This document shows, one piece after another, positions 18,195 through 28,861 of a stretch of 64,000 nt of DNA. Below the pieces are notes generated by a model. That model did no database searches. It was not told the DNA's origin and worked only from the letters and a program-made list of their open reading frames with translations. The DNA lies in contig CAYWLS010000018.1 of NCBI GenBank assembly GCA_964458605.1, positions 2,886 through 66,885 of the forward strand, given 5' to 3'. Position 1 is the first letter of the stretch; each line of letters begins with the position of its first letter. The translations under genes were made by a program, and so were the position numbers. This stretch comes from an uncultured Hyphomicrobiales bacterium. Lineage in GTDB: Bacteria > Pseudomonadota > Alphaproteobacteria > Reyranellales > JAQSWP01.

Positions 18195-18740
18195 TCAGGC
18201 GGCTTGCGCCACGATCGCGGCCCGATCGCTCTCCAACGTCGCCGCCACGGCATGCACCACCGCGGCGATGCGCACCGCGGCCTGCACCTGCTCGGCGCTG
18301 ATTCCGGCCTGGCGCACCACCTTTTCGTGGCTGTCGATGCACATGCCGCAGCCATTGACGGCGGACACCGCCAGCGACCACAGCTCGAAATCGACCTTGT
18401 CGACGCCGGGATTGGCGATGGCGTTCATGCGCAGCTTGGCCGGCAGGGTCTTGTAGTCGGCGGCCGAGGCCAGGTGCACGAAGCGATAGTAGACGTTGTT
18501 CATCGCCATCAGCGCGGCGGCGGTCTTGGCCGCATTCAGCGCCTGGCCGCTGAGCTTGGGCGCGAACTCCGCCGTCACCGCCGCGATCACCTGCGGATTG
18601 CGCGCGGCGATGGCGCTGGCGATGAAGGCGCCGGCCTTCTGCTGCTCGCTGAGCAGGCTCTCATTGGCCAGGCTCGACAGGTTGAGCTTGAGATCCTTGG
18701 CATAGTCGGGCAAGGCGGCCTTCAGGGTTTCGATCGACAT
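18195..18740 (-). CDS. ahpD: alkyl hydroperoxide reductase AhpD (carboxymuconolactone decarboxylase family)
   Basis: ATG 18740 ([21 protein letters not shown]). Catalytic CxxC in [10 protein letters not shown]. Confidence 0.9.
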   Translation of the reverse strand: MSIETLKAALPDYAKDLKLNLSSLANESLLSEQQKAGAFIASAIAARNPQVIAAVTAEFAPKLSGQALNAAKTAAALMAMNNVYYRFVHLASAADYKTLPAKLRMNAIANPGVDKVDFELWSLAVSAVNGCGMCIDSHEKVVRQAGISAEQVQAAVRIAAVVHAVAATLESDRAAIVAQAA

Positions 18741-18805
18741 GATGTCACTCCTTGCGAGAAAGGGGGACCGGCCGGAGCGAATCCGGCCGGCCGGGAGCGC
18801 AGGGG

Positions 18806-19345
18806 TCAAGCGGCCTTGAGGACCTCTTCGCCCTTCTGCCAGTTGCAGGGGCACAGCTCGTCGGTCTGCAGCGCGTCGAGCACGCGCAGCACCTCCTGCG
18901 GATTGCGGCCCACGCTGAGGTCGTTGACCGACACGAAGCGGATGATGCCCTGCGGGTCGACGATGAAGGTGGCACGCAAGGCGACGCCTTCGTTCTTGTC
19001 CAGCACGCCCAGCGCCTGGCTAAGCTCGCGCTTGATGTCGGCCAGCATCGGGAACGGCAGCTCCTTCAGGTCGGCGTGGTTGTTGCGCCACGCCAGGTGA
19101 ACGAACTCGCTGTCGATCGAGGCGCCGTAGACCACCGCGTCGCGGTCGTTGAATTCGCCGTTCAGCTTGCCGAAAGCGGCGATCTCGGTCGGGCAGACGA
19201 AGGTGAAGTCCTTGGGCCAGAAGAACACCACCTTCCACTTGCCGGCGTCGGACTTGTCGGTGATGTCGGCGAAGGCCTTGGCCGGGTCGCGCGACACGAC
19301 GGCCTTGAGGTTGAATTCGGGGAATTTGTCGCCAATGGTCAGCAT
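18806..19345 (-). CDS. ahpC: peroxiredoxin AhpC
   Basis: ATG 19345. [15 protein letters not shown] peroxidatic Cys motif. Upstream of ahpD and divergent from oxyR. Confidence 0.9.
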   Translation of the reverse strand: MLTIGDKFPEFNLKAVVSRDPAKAFADITDKSDAGKWKVVFFWPKDFTFVCPTEIAAFGKLNGEFNDRDAVVYGASIDSEFVHLAWRNNHADLKELPFPMLADIKRELSQALGVLDKNEGVALRATFIVDPQGIIRFVSVNDLSVGRNPQEVLRVLDALQTDELCPCNWQKGEEVLKAA

Positions 19346-19480
19346 GGCTTGCGCTCCTTTGCATGAGGTCGATTGCTGTCGTCGGTCCAAGCGCGCGGCG
19401 GCAACGCTTGACCCCAGAGATAGGCCCGCCCATATAATCGTTCCAATGAATGAATTTGCCTTTTATGATCGGAATATTCG
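19346..19480. promoter_or_regulatory. ahpC-oxyR divergent promoter region (OxyR operator expected, not pinned)
   Basis: AT-rich stretch GATAGGCCCGCCCATATAATCGTTCCAATGAATGAATTTGCCTTTTATGATCGGAATATTCG between the divergent starts. Only a partial match to ATAG-N7-CTAT spacing. Confidence 0.4.
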
Positions 19481-20425
19481 ATGAATGATCTGCCCAGCCT
19501 GCGCCAGTTGCGCTATTTGGCGGCGCTGGCAGAAAACCGCCATTTCGGCCGCGCCGCCGAGGCCTGCCACGTGTCGCAATCGACCCTGAGCGCGGGCATC
19601 CAGGAACTGGAGCAGCGCCTGGGCGGGGCGCTGGTCGAACGCTCCAAGCGCAATGTGCGGCTGACGCCGCTGGGCGAGCAGGTGGCCGAGCGTGCCCGCG
19701 CCCTGCTGGCCGAGGCCGAGGCGCTGGTGGCGCTGGGCCGCGCCGCCGAGCCGCTGGGCGGGCCGCTGCGGCTGGGCGTGATCCCGACCATCAGCCCCTA
19801 TCTGCTGCCCAGGCTGCTGCCGGCGCTGCGGCGCAAGCACGCCAAGCTGCGGCTGTACCTGACCGAGGATCTGACGGCACGCATCGTCGAGCGGCTGAAC
19901 GAGGGCAATCTCGACCTGCTGCTGCTGGCCCTGCCCTACGACCTGCCGGGTCTGGAGACCATGACCCTGTTCGACGATCCGTTCCTGTTCGCGGCGCGGC
20001 GCGACCATCCGCTGGCCCAGGGCGACGAGGCGCCGCTGCCGCCGACGCGACTCGAGCACGAGCCGCTGCTGCTGCTGGAAGATGGCCATTGCCTGCGCGA
20101 CCAGGCGCTGGCCGCCTGCCGTCTGGGCGAGCGGCGGCGCCAGCCCTTCGCCGCCACCAGCCTGCCGACCCTGATCCAGATGGTCGACAACGGCATCGGC
20201 TCGACCCTGCTGCCGCGCATGGCGGTGGCCAGCGGCGCGCTCAAGGGCACGGCGATCGCCACCAGGCCGCTGGCCCCCGAATCGGGACAGGCCCAGCCGT
20301 CGCGCAGCATCGGCCTGGCCTGGCGGCGCAGCGACCCGCGCCGTCCTGCCTTCCGCCAGTTGGGCCAGGAGATCGCCGAGCTGGCGCGGCGCTACGAGAT
20401 CGCGGACAAGCCCAGGAAACGCTAG
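19481..20425 (+). CDS. oxyR: LysR-family hydrogen peroxide sensor OxyR
   Basis: 314 aa. HTH LRYLAALAENRHFGRAAEACHVSQSTLS. Redox Cys pair in LLLEDGHCLRDQALAAC. Confidence 0.85.
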   Translation: MNDLPSLRQLRYLAALAENRHFGRAAEACHVSQSTLSAGIQELEQRLGGALVERSKRNVRLTPLGEQVAERARALLAEAEALVALGRAAEPLGGPLRLGVIPTISPYLLPRLLPALRRKHAKLRLYLTEDLTARIVERLNEGNLDLLLLALPYDLPGLETMTLFDDPFLFAARRDHPLAQGDEAPLPPTRLEHEPLLLLEDGHCLRDQALAACRLGERRRQPFAATSLPTLIQMVDNGIGSTLLPRMAVASGALKGTAIATRPLAPESGQAQPSRSIGLAWRRSDPRRPAFRQLGQEIAELARRYEIADKPRKR

Positions 20426-21594
20426 CGCAGGGCTTCGATCGCCGCGGCGAAGCGCTCGATCTCGTCCTCGGTGTTGTAATAGTGAATCGAGGCGCGCAGC
20501 ACCGATTCGAGCTGGCGATGCTCGAAGTCCAGCCGTGCCGAGCCGATCGCCGAAACCGAAGTATTGATCGCCTGGGCGCGCAGGGCGTCGCGCATCGCCG
20601 TGGCATCCAGCCCGTTTTTGGTCAGGGTGACGATGCCGCAGCGCTCGACGCCCAGATCGCGCACCGTCACACCCGCAATCGCGCCCAGCCGCTGCCGCAG
20701 CGCGGCGGCCAGCGCATAGATGCGCGCCTGCACCGCCGCCGGCCCCAGCGCCAGATACTGTTCGATCGCTACCGCCAGGCCCAGCTTGCCGGCATAGAAG
20801 CATTCCCAGTTCTCGAAACGGCGCGCATCGTCGCGCATCCTGAACTCGGTGCGGCTCAGCCACTGGGCGGCGTGCAGGTCGAGGAACGGCGGCTCGAGCC
20901 GTTCCAGCAGGCCGTGGCGCAGATAGAGGAAGCCGGTGCCGCGCGGGCCGCGCAGATATTTGCGCCCGGTGCCCGACAGCATGTCGCAACCCAATACGTC
21001 CACGTCCAAAGGTATCTGGCCGGCCGCCTGGCAGGCATCGAGCAGGAACGGCACGCCGGCCTGGCGCGCCACCCGGCCGATCGCGGCGGCCGGCTGCACC
21101 AGCCCGCCCTGGGTCGGCACATGGGTGACGGCGATCAGCCTGACGCGCCGGTCGATCATCCGGGCCAGCGCAGCGACATCCATCTGGCCATGTTCGTCGT
21201 CGGGCACCACCTCGACCGTGGCGCCGGTGCGACGCGCCACCTGCAGGAAGGCGATGAAGTTGGAGACGTATTCCGACACCGAGGTGAGGATGCGGTCGCC
21301 GGCGGCGAAGCGCAGCGAATAGAACGCCATGTCCCAGGCGCGGGTGGCGTTCTCGACGAAAGCCAGCTCCGCGGGACGGCAGTTCAGCAGCCGCGCGGTC
21401 TGGTCATAGAACGCTTCGATCGCCGCCTCGTTGCGGTCGTGCGCCTCGTAGCCGCCGATCTCCGCCTCCAGCCGCAGATGATCCTGCATCGCCTGCAGAG
21501 TGCGGGCGGTGGGCAGCGCCGCGCCGGCGTTGTTGAAATGCAGCACATGGGCGCAGCCGGGCGTTTCGGCGCGCAGCCTGGCGATGTCCAGCAT
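20422..21594 (-). CDS. aminotransferase class V-fold PLP-dependent enzyme
   Basis: ORF 20422..21807 trimmed to ATG 21594 (390 aa). HFNNAGAALP, THVPTQGG, SGTGRKYLRGPRGTGFLY (PLP lysine region). Confidence 0.8.
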   Translation of the reverse strand: MLDIARLRAETPGCAHVLHFNNAGAALPTARTLQAMQDHLRLEAEIGGYEAHDRNEAAIEAFYDQTARLLNCRPAELAFVENATRAWDMAFYSLRFAAGDRILTSVSEYVSNFIAFLQVARRTGATVEVVPDDEHGQMDVAALARMIDRRVRLIAVTHVPTQGGLVQPAAAIGRVARQAGVPFLLDACQAAGQIPLDVDVLGCDMLSGTGRKYLRGPRGTGFLYLRHGLLERLEPPFLDLHAAQWLSRTEFRMRDDARRFENWECFYAGKLGLAVAIEQYLALGPAAVQARIYALAAALRQRLGAIAGVTVRDLGVERCGIVTLTKNGLDATAMRDALRAQAINTSVSAIGSARLDFEHRQLESVLRASIHYYNTEDEIERFAAAIEALR

Positions 21595-21596
21595 CG

Positions 21597-22229
21597 CTAC
21601 AGCGTCTCTCGCGTCAACGCGGCGATGGCCAGATTGTCCTCGCCGCCCAGCCGTTCCAGCGCCACCGCCGTACCGACACGATCGGCCGCGGTCTTGTTCT
21701 GGCCCAGCTTCCATTTGCCTTCCAGCCGGTCGAGCGGCATCTCGAACGCGACGATGGCCTTGCTCATGCGCGCGGCGTGGCCCGGCGGCAGGCCGGCCAT
21801 GCGCCACGGTTGCTCGAAGCCGCTCTCATAAGTTCCGACCAGCCGCTCGAGAATGCCCAGCACCGCCGCCTCGTCCTCGACGATGCGCGGCGTGCCATAG
21901 GCGTGGACGGCGGCGTAGTTCCAGGTCGGCACCTGCGCCGCCGAGTCGTACCAGGACGGCGAGATATAGGCATGCGGCCCGGCGAAGATCGCCAGCGCCC
22001 TTTGCCCGGCCGATGACGCCGCGGCGAAGTGGCGCCATTGCGGATTGGCGCGCGCCACATGGCCGATCAGCTTTCCCTGCGGCCCGCCGCCCTCCTGCCA
22101 CAGCAACGGCAGGTGGGTGGCGAAAGGCTCTGCATCGGCGACGGTGATCAGCTGCGCGAAGCTCGCCGATCGCATCAGGCCGATCAGGCGATCCCGATCC
22201 TCGACGGCGAAATGCGGCGGCACATACAT
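21597..22229 (-). CDS. FMN-binding negative transcriptional regulator (PaiB family)
   Basis: 210 aa. MYVPPHFAVEDRDRL..., GHVARANPQW, PTWNYAAVH, KWKLGQNK motifs. Confidence 0.8.
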   Translation of the reverse strand: MYVPPHFAVEDRDRLIGLMRSASFAQLITVADAEPFATHLPLLWQEGGGPQGKLIGHVARANPQWRHFAAASSAGQRALAIFAGPHAYISPSWYDSAAQVPTWNYAAVHAYGTPRIVEDEAAVLGILERLVGTYESGFEQPWRMAGLPPGHAARMSKAIVAFEMPLDRLEGKWKLGQNKTAADRVGTAVALERLGGEDNLAIAALTRETL

Positions 22230-22435
22230 GGCAATCTCCTCGGGGCAATCTCCCCATCTCCAGTAGGGCCAAGCTAACGAAGCCCGGCCGATCGACCCAC
22301 AGCGCGCCCGGAGATCAGTTATGCACTCTGGGCGACCCGGTTTCCGGCATCCGGTGCGAGCATGTATTGTTTCGGCTCCCGGCAGGAGAAGCTAGCATGC
22401 GCTGTCTGTTCCAGAGAGAAGAAGAGGCGGAAGTC

Positions 22436-23107
22436 ATGGGTCAACACGTCAAACTGAAAAGCGGCGACGGCAAGGAGATCGGCGGCTACCTGGCCGAACC
22501 CAAGGCCGCTCCCAAAGCCGGCATCGTCGTCGTCCAGGAGATCTTCGGCGTCAACCACCACATCCGCGACGTCACCGACCGCTTCGCCGCCGACGGCTAT
22601 CTGGCGCTGGCGCCGGCCATGTTCGACCGGCTGAAGCCGGGCGTCGACCTGGGCTACGTGGCGCCCGACATGCAGGCGGGCCGCGAGCTGGCCGGCCAGC
22701 TCAAGCCGGACATGATCCTGGCCGACGTGCAGGGCGCGATCGACTATCTGCGCAAGGCCGGCTGCAAGAAGGTCGGCATCGTCGGCTTCTGCTTCGGCGG
22801 CACCGTCGCCTGGCGCGCCGCCGCGTCCCTCGATGTCGACGCCGCGGTCGGCTATTACGGCGGCGGCATCTACGCCGCGCGCGACCTGAAGCCCAAGGTG
22901 CCGACCATGCTGCATTTCGGCGACCAGGACCACGGCATTCCCAACGACCAGGTGGCCGAGATCCAGAAGCAGCATCCCGACGTGCCGGTGCATGTCTATC
23001 ACGCCGGCCACGGCTTCCATTGCGACGAGCGGTCGTCCTACGACGCGGCCTCGGCCAAGCAGGCCTATGCCCGCACGCTCGCGTTTTTCGCCCAGCACCT
23101 GGCCTGA
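22436..23107 (+). CDS. dienelactone hydrolase family protein
   Basis: ATG 22436 (223 aa). GIVVVQEIFGVN, nucleophile region GIVGFCFGG, C-terminal HGF. Confidence 0.85.
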   Translation: MGQHVKLKSGDGKEIGGYLAEPKAAPKAGIVVVQEIFGVNHHIRDVTDRFAADGYLALAPAMFDRLKPGVDLGYVAPDMQAGRELAGQLKPDMILADVQGAIDYLRKAGCKKVGIVGFCFGGTVAWRAAASLDVDAAVGYYGGGIYAARDLKPKVPTMLHFGDQDHGIPNDQVAEIQKQHPDVPVHVYHAGHGFHCDERSSYDAASAKQAYARTLAFFAQHLA

Positions 23108-23162
23108 GCATCCCGCGGGGCCGGTCCGCCGCGGCGGGCCGGCCTGCGATCGCGCGGCGTCG

Positions 23163-23678
23163 CTAAAGCGCGTCGGCGCAGCGCAGGAAAGCCTGGCTGA
23201 CGGCGTTGCTGCCCGCCAGCCACAACGACCAGCCCGATATGTCGGCGGCGTCGAAACTGATCGCCAGCGCATTGCTGGCGCGGAACTCGGCCATGAACTC
23301 GTCGAGTTCCTTCCGCGCGATGGTGAACTCCAACCCGGCGTCGCCGTCGTTGAAATGGAAGCCCGTGCCGGTGGCCGCCCAGGCCGCCGCGCCGTCGAAC
23401 CGCATATGCAGCTTCTGCTTGGCGCCATTTTCGATGTGCCAGGAGCTGCCGCCCATCTGGATCGTGAAAGTGTCGTCGCCGTCGTAGTACTTCACCGAAA
23501 AGTACTTGCCGGATTGCTGGGTCGAGACGCCGCAAACGCGCCGGCCGCTGCCGGTGGTGGTTCCGCCGAAGGCCTCCCATTGTCCGACCCGCAACAGGCT
23601 GCGCGTGTCGGCGACGGCCGTCGCCGCCCACCAGCACAGCGCCAATGCCGCCAGGACCGTCCCCAATCGCGCCGTCAT
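23163..23678 (-). CDS. secreted protein of unknown function, paralog 1 of tandem pair
   Basis: ATG 23678 (GGAGGGA upstream), 171 aa, signal peptide ...AATAVA. About half the residues are identical by eye to the neighbouring 171-aa ORF. Confidence 0.7.
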   Translation of the reverse strand: MTARLGTVLAALALCWWAATAVADTRSLLRVGQWEAFGGTTTGSGRRVCGVSTQQSGKYFSVKYYDGDDTFTIQMGGSSWHIENGAKQKLHMRFDGAAAWAATGTGFHFNDGDAGLEFTIARKELDEFMAEFRASNALAISFDAADISGWSLWLAGSNAVSQAFLRCADAL

Positions 23679-23825
23679 GCGTCCCTCCCCGTCGGACACG
23701 GGGCAAAATATCACAAGACGCGCCGGGCGACAGTCAGCCGCAGCGGCGCCGCGGGACGACGCCGATCCGGCAAAGACGCGGTGCCTGAAATCGGGCGGCC
23801 AGGCGTCGCCCGTCCGCCACGGCTG

Positions 23826-24341
23826 CTATTCCATGTCGAGGATGCAGCGCACGAAGACCTGGCTGACGGCGCTGGTGCCGGCCAGCGATACCCACCAGCC
23901 CGAGACGGCGCCGCCGTCGAATGCCACGCGCAAAGCGTTGCTGGCGCGGAACTCGCCCAGGAAGGCGCGCAGCTGGTCCTTGGCCACGCTCAGTTCCAGC
24001 GCCGCCTGGCCATTGCTGAAATGGAAGCCGGTGCCGGTGGCGCGCCACGGCTGGTTGTTGTCGAAGCGCATCGTCATGCGCTGCTTGGCGCCGTTGCCGA
24101 TGCGCCAGCCATTGCTGCCGAGCTGGATGGTGAAAGTGGCGTCGCCGTAGAAATACTTGACCGAGAAATACTTGCCTTCGCCGCTGGTCGACACGCCGCA
24201 CATGCGCGTGCCGTTGGTGGCGGTGCCGCCATAGGCCTGCCAGTCGCCGACCTGGGCCAGAACGCGGACATTGGCCGATGCGGCGCCGGCCGCACAAAAG
24301 ACTATCAACGCCGCGATCGCGGCGAGCGCTCGTAGTTTCAT
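23826..24341 (-). CDS. secreted protein of unknown function, paralog 2 of tandem pair
   Basis: ATG 24341 (AGGGGGA upstream), 171 aa, signal peptide ...AAGAASA. Shares GKYFSVKY, MRFD, ATGTGFHF, EFRASNAL, LAG..AVSQ.F.RC with the neighbour. Confidence 0.7.
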   Translation of the reverse strand: MKLRALAAIAALIVFCAAGAASANVRVLAQVGDWQAYGGTATNGTRMCGVSTSGEGKYFSVKYFYGDATFTIQLGSNGWRIGNGAKQRMTMRFDNNQPWRATGTGFHFSNGQAALELSVAKDQLRAFLGEFRASNALRVAFDGGAVSGWWVSLAGTSAVSQVFVRCILDME

Positions 24342-24408
24342 GGTGTCCCCCTGCAAAGACGGGATCGAAAATAACAACGATCGATGCGACGGACCAGCAT
24401 TGACGACA

Positions 24409-24438
24409 AGAAAAAAGGCCGCTCGATCGAGCGGCCTT
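24409..24438 (-). terminator. intrinsic terminator of the petABC operon
   Basis: On the minus strand: AAGGCCGCTC-GATC-GAGCGGCCTT followed by TTTTTTCTT, about 30 nt after the petC stop. Confidence 0.75.
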
Positions 24439-24466
24439 CCATCGTCCCTGAGAGTGTTGGCGGCGA

Positions 24467-25342
24467 TCAGTGCGCCACGCCGGCCCACACCTTGCGTTTT
24501 ACCGCGTACATCAGGCCGCCCAGCGCCAGCAGGAACAGCACCACCTTCACGCCGGTGCGCTTGCGCTCTTCCATCTTGGGCTCGGCGGCCCAGGCCAGGA
24601 AGGTCACGACGTCATGCGCCATGTCCTCGACCTTGTTGGGGGCGCCGTCGGCGAAGGTCACCTTGCCGTCCTCGAGCGGCGGCGGCATGGCGATCTGGTG
24701 GCCCTTGAAATGGATGTTGAAGTACATCCCGTCGTTGAGCTTGAAGTCGGCCGCAAGGTCGAGCGCCTTGCGATCGGCCGGCGTCAGCTTGCTGAGGTCG
24801 CGGAAGCCGGTCAGCACGCCGTAGACGTAGTCGGGGCCGGTCTGGTGCAGCTTGCCGATGAACGAGCGGATCACCGGGATGCCGCCTTCGGGTTCGACGT
24901 CGCGCGCCTTGGTGATCAGCGACAGGTCGGGCGGATAGGCGCCGTTGTTGGCGGCGCGCGCCGCCTGCTCGTTGGGGAACGGGCTCTTGAACCGGTCGGA
25001 CAGCTTGGCCGGACGGTCGAACATCTCGCCCTGGTCGTTGGGACCGTCCTGGACGGTGATGTCCTTGATCTGATCCTTGATCTGGTCGTCGGTCAGGCCG
25101 ATATCGGCGAGGTTGCGGTAGGCCACCAGCGACAGCGCATGGCAGGCGGCGCAGACCTCCTTGTATACCTGGTAGCCGCGCTGCACCTCGGCGCGGTCGA
25201 AGGTGCCGAACGGCCCGTCGAACGACCAGTGTTGCGGCGGCGGTTCGGAGGACATCGCCTCGACCGCGGCATAGGCCGCCGTGCTCAGGCCGGCCAGCAC
25301 CGCCACCGAAGCGGCGACACGCGAAAAGCGGAAACCAAACAT
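24467..25342 (-). CDS. petC: cytochrome c1
   Basis: 291 aa. Signal peptide, heme motif CAACHAL, C-terminal TM anchor. Confidence 0.9.
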   Translation of the reverse strand: MFGFRFSRVAASVAVLAGLSTAAYAAVEAMSSEPPPQHWSFDGPFGTFDRAEVQRGYQVYKEVCAACHALSLVAYRNLADIGLTDDQIKDQIKDITVQDGPNDQGEMFDRPAKLSDRFKSPFPNEQAARAANNGAYPPDLSLITKARDVEPEGGIPVIRSFIGKLHQTGPDYVYGVLTGFRDLSKLTPADRKALDLAADFKLNDGMYFNIHFKGHQIAMPPPLEDGKVTFADGAPNKVEDMAHDVVTFLAWAAEPKMEERKRTGVKVVLFLLALGGLMYAVKRKVWAGVAH

Positions 25343-25355
25343 CGCGCGTCCCCCT

Positions 25356-26609
25356 TTATTCCGCTGCCGCCGGCGCGTGGCCGGACTTCTTGAGCACTGC
25401 CTCGGCGATGCTGTTGGGCAGCGGCAAGGGCGTCTCGATCTTGCTGAGCAGCGGCAGCAGGATCACGAAGTGGAAGAAGTAGTAGAGCGTGGCGATGCGG
25501 CCCAGCCACACCAGGAAGCCTTCCGGCGGGTTGGCGCCGACATAGCCCAGCACGAACACGTCGACGATCAGGAACCAGAAGGTCACCTTGAAGATCGGCC
25601 GGAACGCGCCCGAACGCACCTTGGAGCGGTCGAGCCAGGGCAGCAGGAACAGCACGCCGATCGCCGCGAACATCGCCAGCACGCCGATCAGCTTGTTCGG
25701 GATCGAGCGCAGGATGGCGTAGAACGGCAGGAAGTACCATTCCGGCACGATATGCTCGGGCGTCGACAGCGGATTGGCCACCACGTAGTTGACCGGCTCG
25801 CCGAAGAAATTCGGCGCGAAGAACACGAACACGCAGAAGATCAGCAGGAAGACCGTCAGGCCGAAACCGTCCTTCATCGTGTAGTAGGGATGGAACGGCA
25901 GCGTGTCCTGCGGACCCTTGGGATCGATGCCGGTCGGGTTGTTGGAGCCGTGCACGTGCAGCGCGACGACGTGCAGGCCGACCACGCCGACGATCACGAA
26001 CGGCAGCAGGTAGTGCAGCGAGAAGAAGCGGTTGAGCGTGGGATTGTCGACCGAGAAGCCGCCCCACAGCCAGGTCACGATGTGATCGCCGACCCAGGGA
26101 ATGGCCGAGAACAGGTTGGTGATGACGGTGGCGCCCCAGAAGCTCATCTGGCCCCACGGCAGCACGTAGCCCATGAAGGCGGTGGCCATCATCAGCAGGA
26201 AGATCACCACGCCCAGGATCCACAGCAGTTCGCGCGGCGCCTTGAACGAGCCGTAATACATGCCGCGGAAGATGTGGACGTAGACGGCGATGAAGAAGAA
26301 CGACGCGCCGTTCATGTGCATGTAGCGCAGCAGCCAGCCGAAGTTCACGTCGCGCATGATGCGCTCGACCGAGTTGAACGCGTAGTCGACATGGGGCGTG
26401 TAGTTCATGGCCAGCGTGATGCCGGTCACGATCATCAGCACCAGCATGACGGTGGCGATGGCGCCGAAGTTCCAGAAGTAGTTGAAATTCCGGGGCGTCG
26501 GAAAGGTGTGATATTCCTTCTCCAGGTAGGAGAAGATCGGCAGCCGGTAGTCGATCCACTTGATGATCGGGTTGGTGAAACCGCTCGGCTGATTGTGTGA
26601 AGCGCTCAT
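25356..26609 (-). CDS. petB: cytochrome b
   Basis: 417 aa. [18 protein letters not shown] and [13 protein letters not shown] motifs. Confidence 0.95.
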   Translation of the reverse strand: MSASHNQPSGFTNPIIKWIDYRLPIFSYLEKEYHTFPTPRNFNYFWNFGAIATVMLVLMIVTGITLAMNYTPHVDYAFNSVERIMRDVNFGWLLRYMHMNGASFFFIAVYVHIFRGMYYGSFKAPRELLWILGVVIFLLMMATAFMGYVLPWGQMSFWGATVITNLFSAIPWVGDHIVTWLWGGFSVDNPTLNRFFSLHYLLPFVIVGVVGLHVVALHVHGSNNPTGIDPKGPQDTLPFHPYYTMKDGFGLTVFLLIFCVFVFFAPNFFGEPVNYVVANPLSTPEHIVPEWYFLPFYAILRSIPNKLIGVLAMFAAIGVLFLLPWLDRSKVRSGAFRPIFKVTFWFLIVDVFVLGYVGANPPEGFLVWLGRIATLYYFFHFVILLPLLSKIETPLPLPNSIAEAVLKKSGHAPAAAE

Positions 26610-26631
26610 TATTGTCGTCTCCCGCCCTGGC

Positions 26632-27201
26632 TCAGCCGATGCGCACGACTTTGTCGCTGGTGAAGGTATAGGTCGGCACCGCCAGGTTGCGCGGCGCGGG
26701 TCCCTTGCGGATGCGGCCGGACGTGTCGTACTGCGACCCGTGGCACGGGCAGAACCAGCCGCCGAATTCGCCGCGCGGATCGCCCGGCTTCTGTCCCAGC
26801 GGCACGCAGCCCAGATGGGTGCAGATGCCGACCACGATCAGCATGTCGGCATGGCCCTTCTTGACGCGATCCTGGTCGGCCTGCGGATCGGGCAGGTCCG
26901 ACAGCGGCACCGATTCGGCCGCCTTGATCTCCTCCGGCGTGCGGTGGCGCACGAACACCGGCTTGCCCTGCCACTTCACGGTGATCGCCTGGCCCACCGC
27001 CACGCCGCCGATATTCACCTCGACGGTGGCCAGCGCCAGGGTGTCGGAAGCCGGGTTCATCTGGTCGATGAACGGCCACGCCACGGCGGCCACGCCCAGA
27101 CCGGCAACGGCGCCGCTGGCGACGTAGAGGAAATCGCGGCGCGAAACATCGGCGCCGTGGCCGACCGTTGGATCGGCAGGTGGCGATTTCGGTGAAGCCA
27201 T
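26632..27201 (-). CDS. petA: ubiquinol-cytochrome c reductase Rieske iron-sulfur subunit
   Basis: ORF trimmed to ATG 27201 (189 aa). RRDFL Tat-like signal. CTHLGC and CPCHGS Rieske boxes. Confidence 0.95.
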   Translation of the reverse strand: MASPKSPPADPTVGHGADVSRRDFLYVASGAVAGLGVAAVAWPFIDQMNPASDTLALATVEVNIGGVAVGQAITVKWQGKPVFVRHRTPEEIKAAESVPLSDLPDPQADQDRVKKGHADMLIVVGICTHLGCVPLGQKPGDPRGEFGGWFCPCHGSQYDTSGRIRKGPAPRNLAVPTYTFTSDKVVRIG

Positions 27202-27433
27202 GTTCTGTCCCTCTGTGCGCGCAGGCGGCAAAAGCCGGAAAACGACCGGCCAACCCGCGCACGATCCCCTGTGACAAGTTGCCGCACTATAAGGATAAAT
27301 TACCCCCGCGCGGCCCCCAATTGATGGCCGGGTATAGTCGAAAAAGTCGTTTGTGAATAGTGCGATGCGATGTCGCTGGCGCGGCTTGCGGGCGGGAGTG
27401 CGGGGGCTCCTCCTTGCGATGCTACAAGGGGTT

Positions 27434-27889
27434 ATGCGTCTTGCCCTGTACCAGCCGGATATCCCCCAGAACACCGGCACGCTGCTGCGGCTGGCGGCCT
27501 GTCTCGACGTGGCGGTCGACCTGATCGAGCCCTGCGGCTTTCCCTTCGACGACCGGCGCCTGCGGCGTGCCGGCATGGACTACCTGGCGGGGGTCGATCT
27601 TCGCCGCCACAGCTCCTGGCAGGCCTATCTGGCGGCGCGCGGCGCGGGCCGGCTGGTGCTGCTCACCACCGCCGGCGACACGCCCCTGCCCCAGGCCGGC
27701 TTTCGCCGCGACGACACCTTGCTGCTGGGTCGCGAAAGCGCGGGCGTACCGCCGGAGGTCCACGCGCGGGCCGATCTGCGGCTGCGCATCCCGCTGAAAG
27801 CCGGCTTGCGCTCGCTCAATGTTGCGCTGGCGGCCGCCATGGTATTGAGCGAGGCGTTGCGTCAGACCGGGAGTTTTCCAGCATCATGA
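27434..27889 (+). CDS. trmL: tRNA (cytidine(34)-2'-O)-methyltransferase
   Basis: ATG 27434 (151 aa). SPOUT motifs [38 protein letters not shown]. Confidence 0.85.
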   Translation: MRLALYQPDIPQNTGTLLRLAACLDVAVDLIEPCGFPFDDRRLRRAGMDYLAGVDLRRHSSWQAYLAARGAGRLVLLTTAGDTPLPQAGFRRDDTLLLGRESAGVPPEVHARADLRLRIPLKAGLRSLNVALAAAMVLSEALRQTGSFPAS

Positions 27890-28770
27890 CCGCCACCGCA
27901 CAGCGCCTCGCACCGGGCGCCGACACGATCGAGCAGCGCAAGCAGGCGACCGCCGCCTGGTTCCGCGCCTTGCGCGACCGTATCTGCGCCGCCTTCGAGC
28001 AGCTGGAGGACGAGCTGACCGGCACGCATGCCGACATGGCTGCGGGACGCTTCGTGCGCACCGACTGGCTGCGCGAGGAAGGCAAGGGCGGCGGCGGCAC
28101 CATGGCGGTGATGCGCGGCCGCGTGTTCGAGAAGGTCGGCGTCAACGTCTCCACCGTGCATGGCGAGTTTTCGCCGCAATTCCGCAAGGAAATCCCCGGC
28201 GCCGAGCAGGATCCGCGCTTCTGGGCATCCGGCATCTCGCTGGTGGCGCATATGCGCTCGCCCAAGGTGCCGGCGGTGCATATGAACACCCGCTTCATCG
28301 TCACCGGCAGAAGCTGGTTCGGCGGCGGCGCCGATCTGACGCCGATGGTGCCCGACGCCGCCGACACGGCCACGTTCCATGCCGCCATGAAAGCCGCCTG
28401 CGACGCCACCGACCCGGCCTATTACGGAAAATTCAAGAAGTGGTGCGACGAATATTTCTACCTGCCGCACCGCCAGGAGCCGCGCGGCGTGGGCGGCATC
28501 TTCTACGACTACGTCGAAGGCGAATTCGACCGCCACTTCGCCTTCACCAAGGCGGTCGGCGAGGCTTTCCTCGACGTCTATCCTCGCATCGTGCGTCGCC
28601 ACCTCGACGAGCCCTGGACGCAAGCCGATCGCGAGCACCAGCTGCGTCGGCGCGGCCGCTACGCGGAGTTCAACCTGATCTACGACCGCGGCACGCGCTT
28701 TGGCCTGATGACCGGCGGCAACACCGAGGCCATCCTGATGTCGCTGCCGCCCGAGGTGACGTGGCCCTGA
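27886..28770 (+). CDS. hemF: oxygen-dependent coproporphyrinogen III oxidase
   Basis: ATG 27886 overlaps the trm[50 protein letters not shown] motifs. Confidence 0.9.
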   Translation: MTATAQRLAPGADTIEQRKQATAAWFRALRDRICAAFEQLEDELTGTHADMAAGRFVRTDWLREEGKGGGGTMAVMRGRVFEKVGVNVSTVHGEFSPQFRKEIPGAEQDPRFWASGISLVAHMRSPKVPAVHMNTRFIVTGRSWFGGGADLTPMVPDAADTATFHAAMKAACDATDPAYYGKFKKWCDEYFYLPHRQEPRGVGGIFYDYVEGEFDRHFAFTKAVGEAFLDVYPRIVRRHLDEPWTQADREHQLRRRGRYAEFNLIYDRGTRFGLMTGGNTEAILMSLPPEVTWP

Positions 28771-28861
28771 ACCCGTCGCGGGCGTCGCGCCGATGCGTCG
28801 CCGCCATGGCGGTCCCGACCCGGCCTCGCTACACTCCGCCCATCAATGGGGGAGAGTTTTC

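Noticed and set aside
19425-19480. Attempt to place a canonical OxyR tetrad (ATAG-N7-CTAT-N7-ATAG-N7-CTAT) in the ahpC-oxyR spacer.
   Set aside because: Only the first ATAG and a partial second element match. I therefore annotate the region only generically as the divergent promoter.
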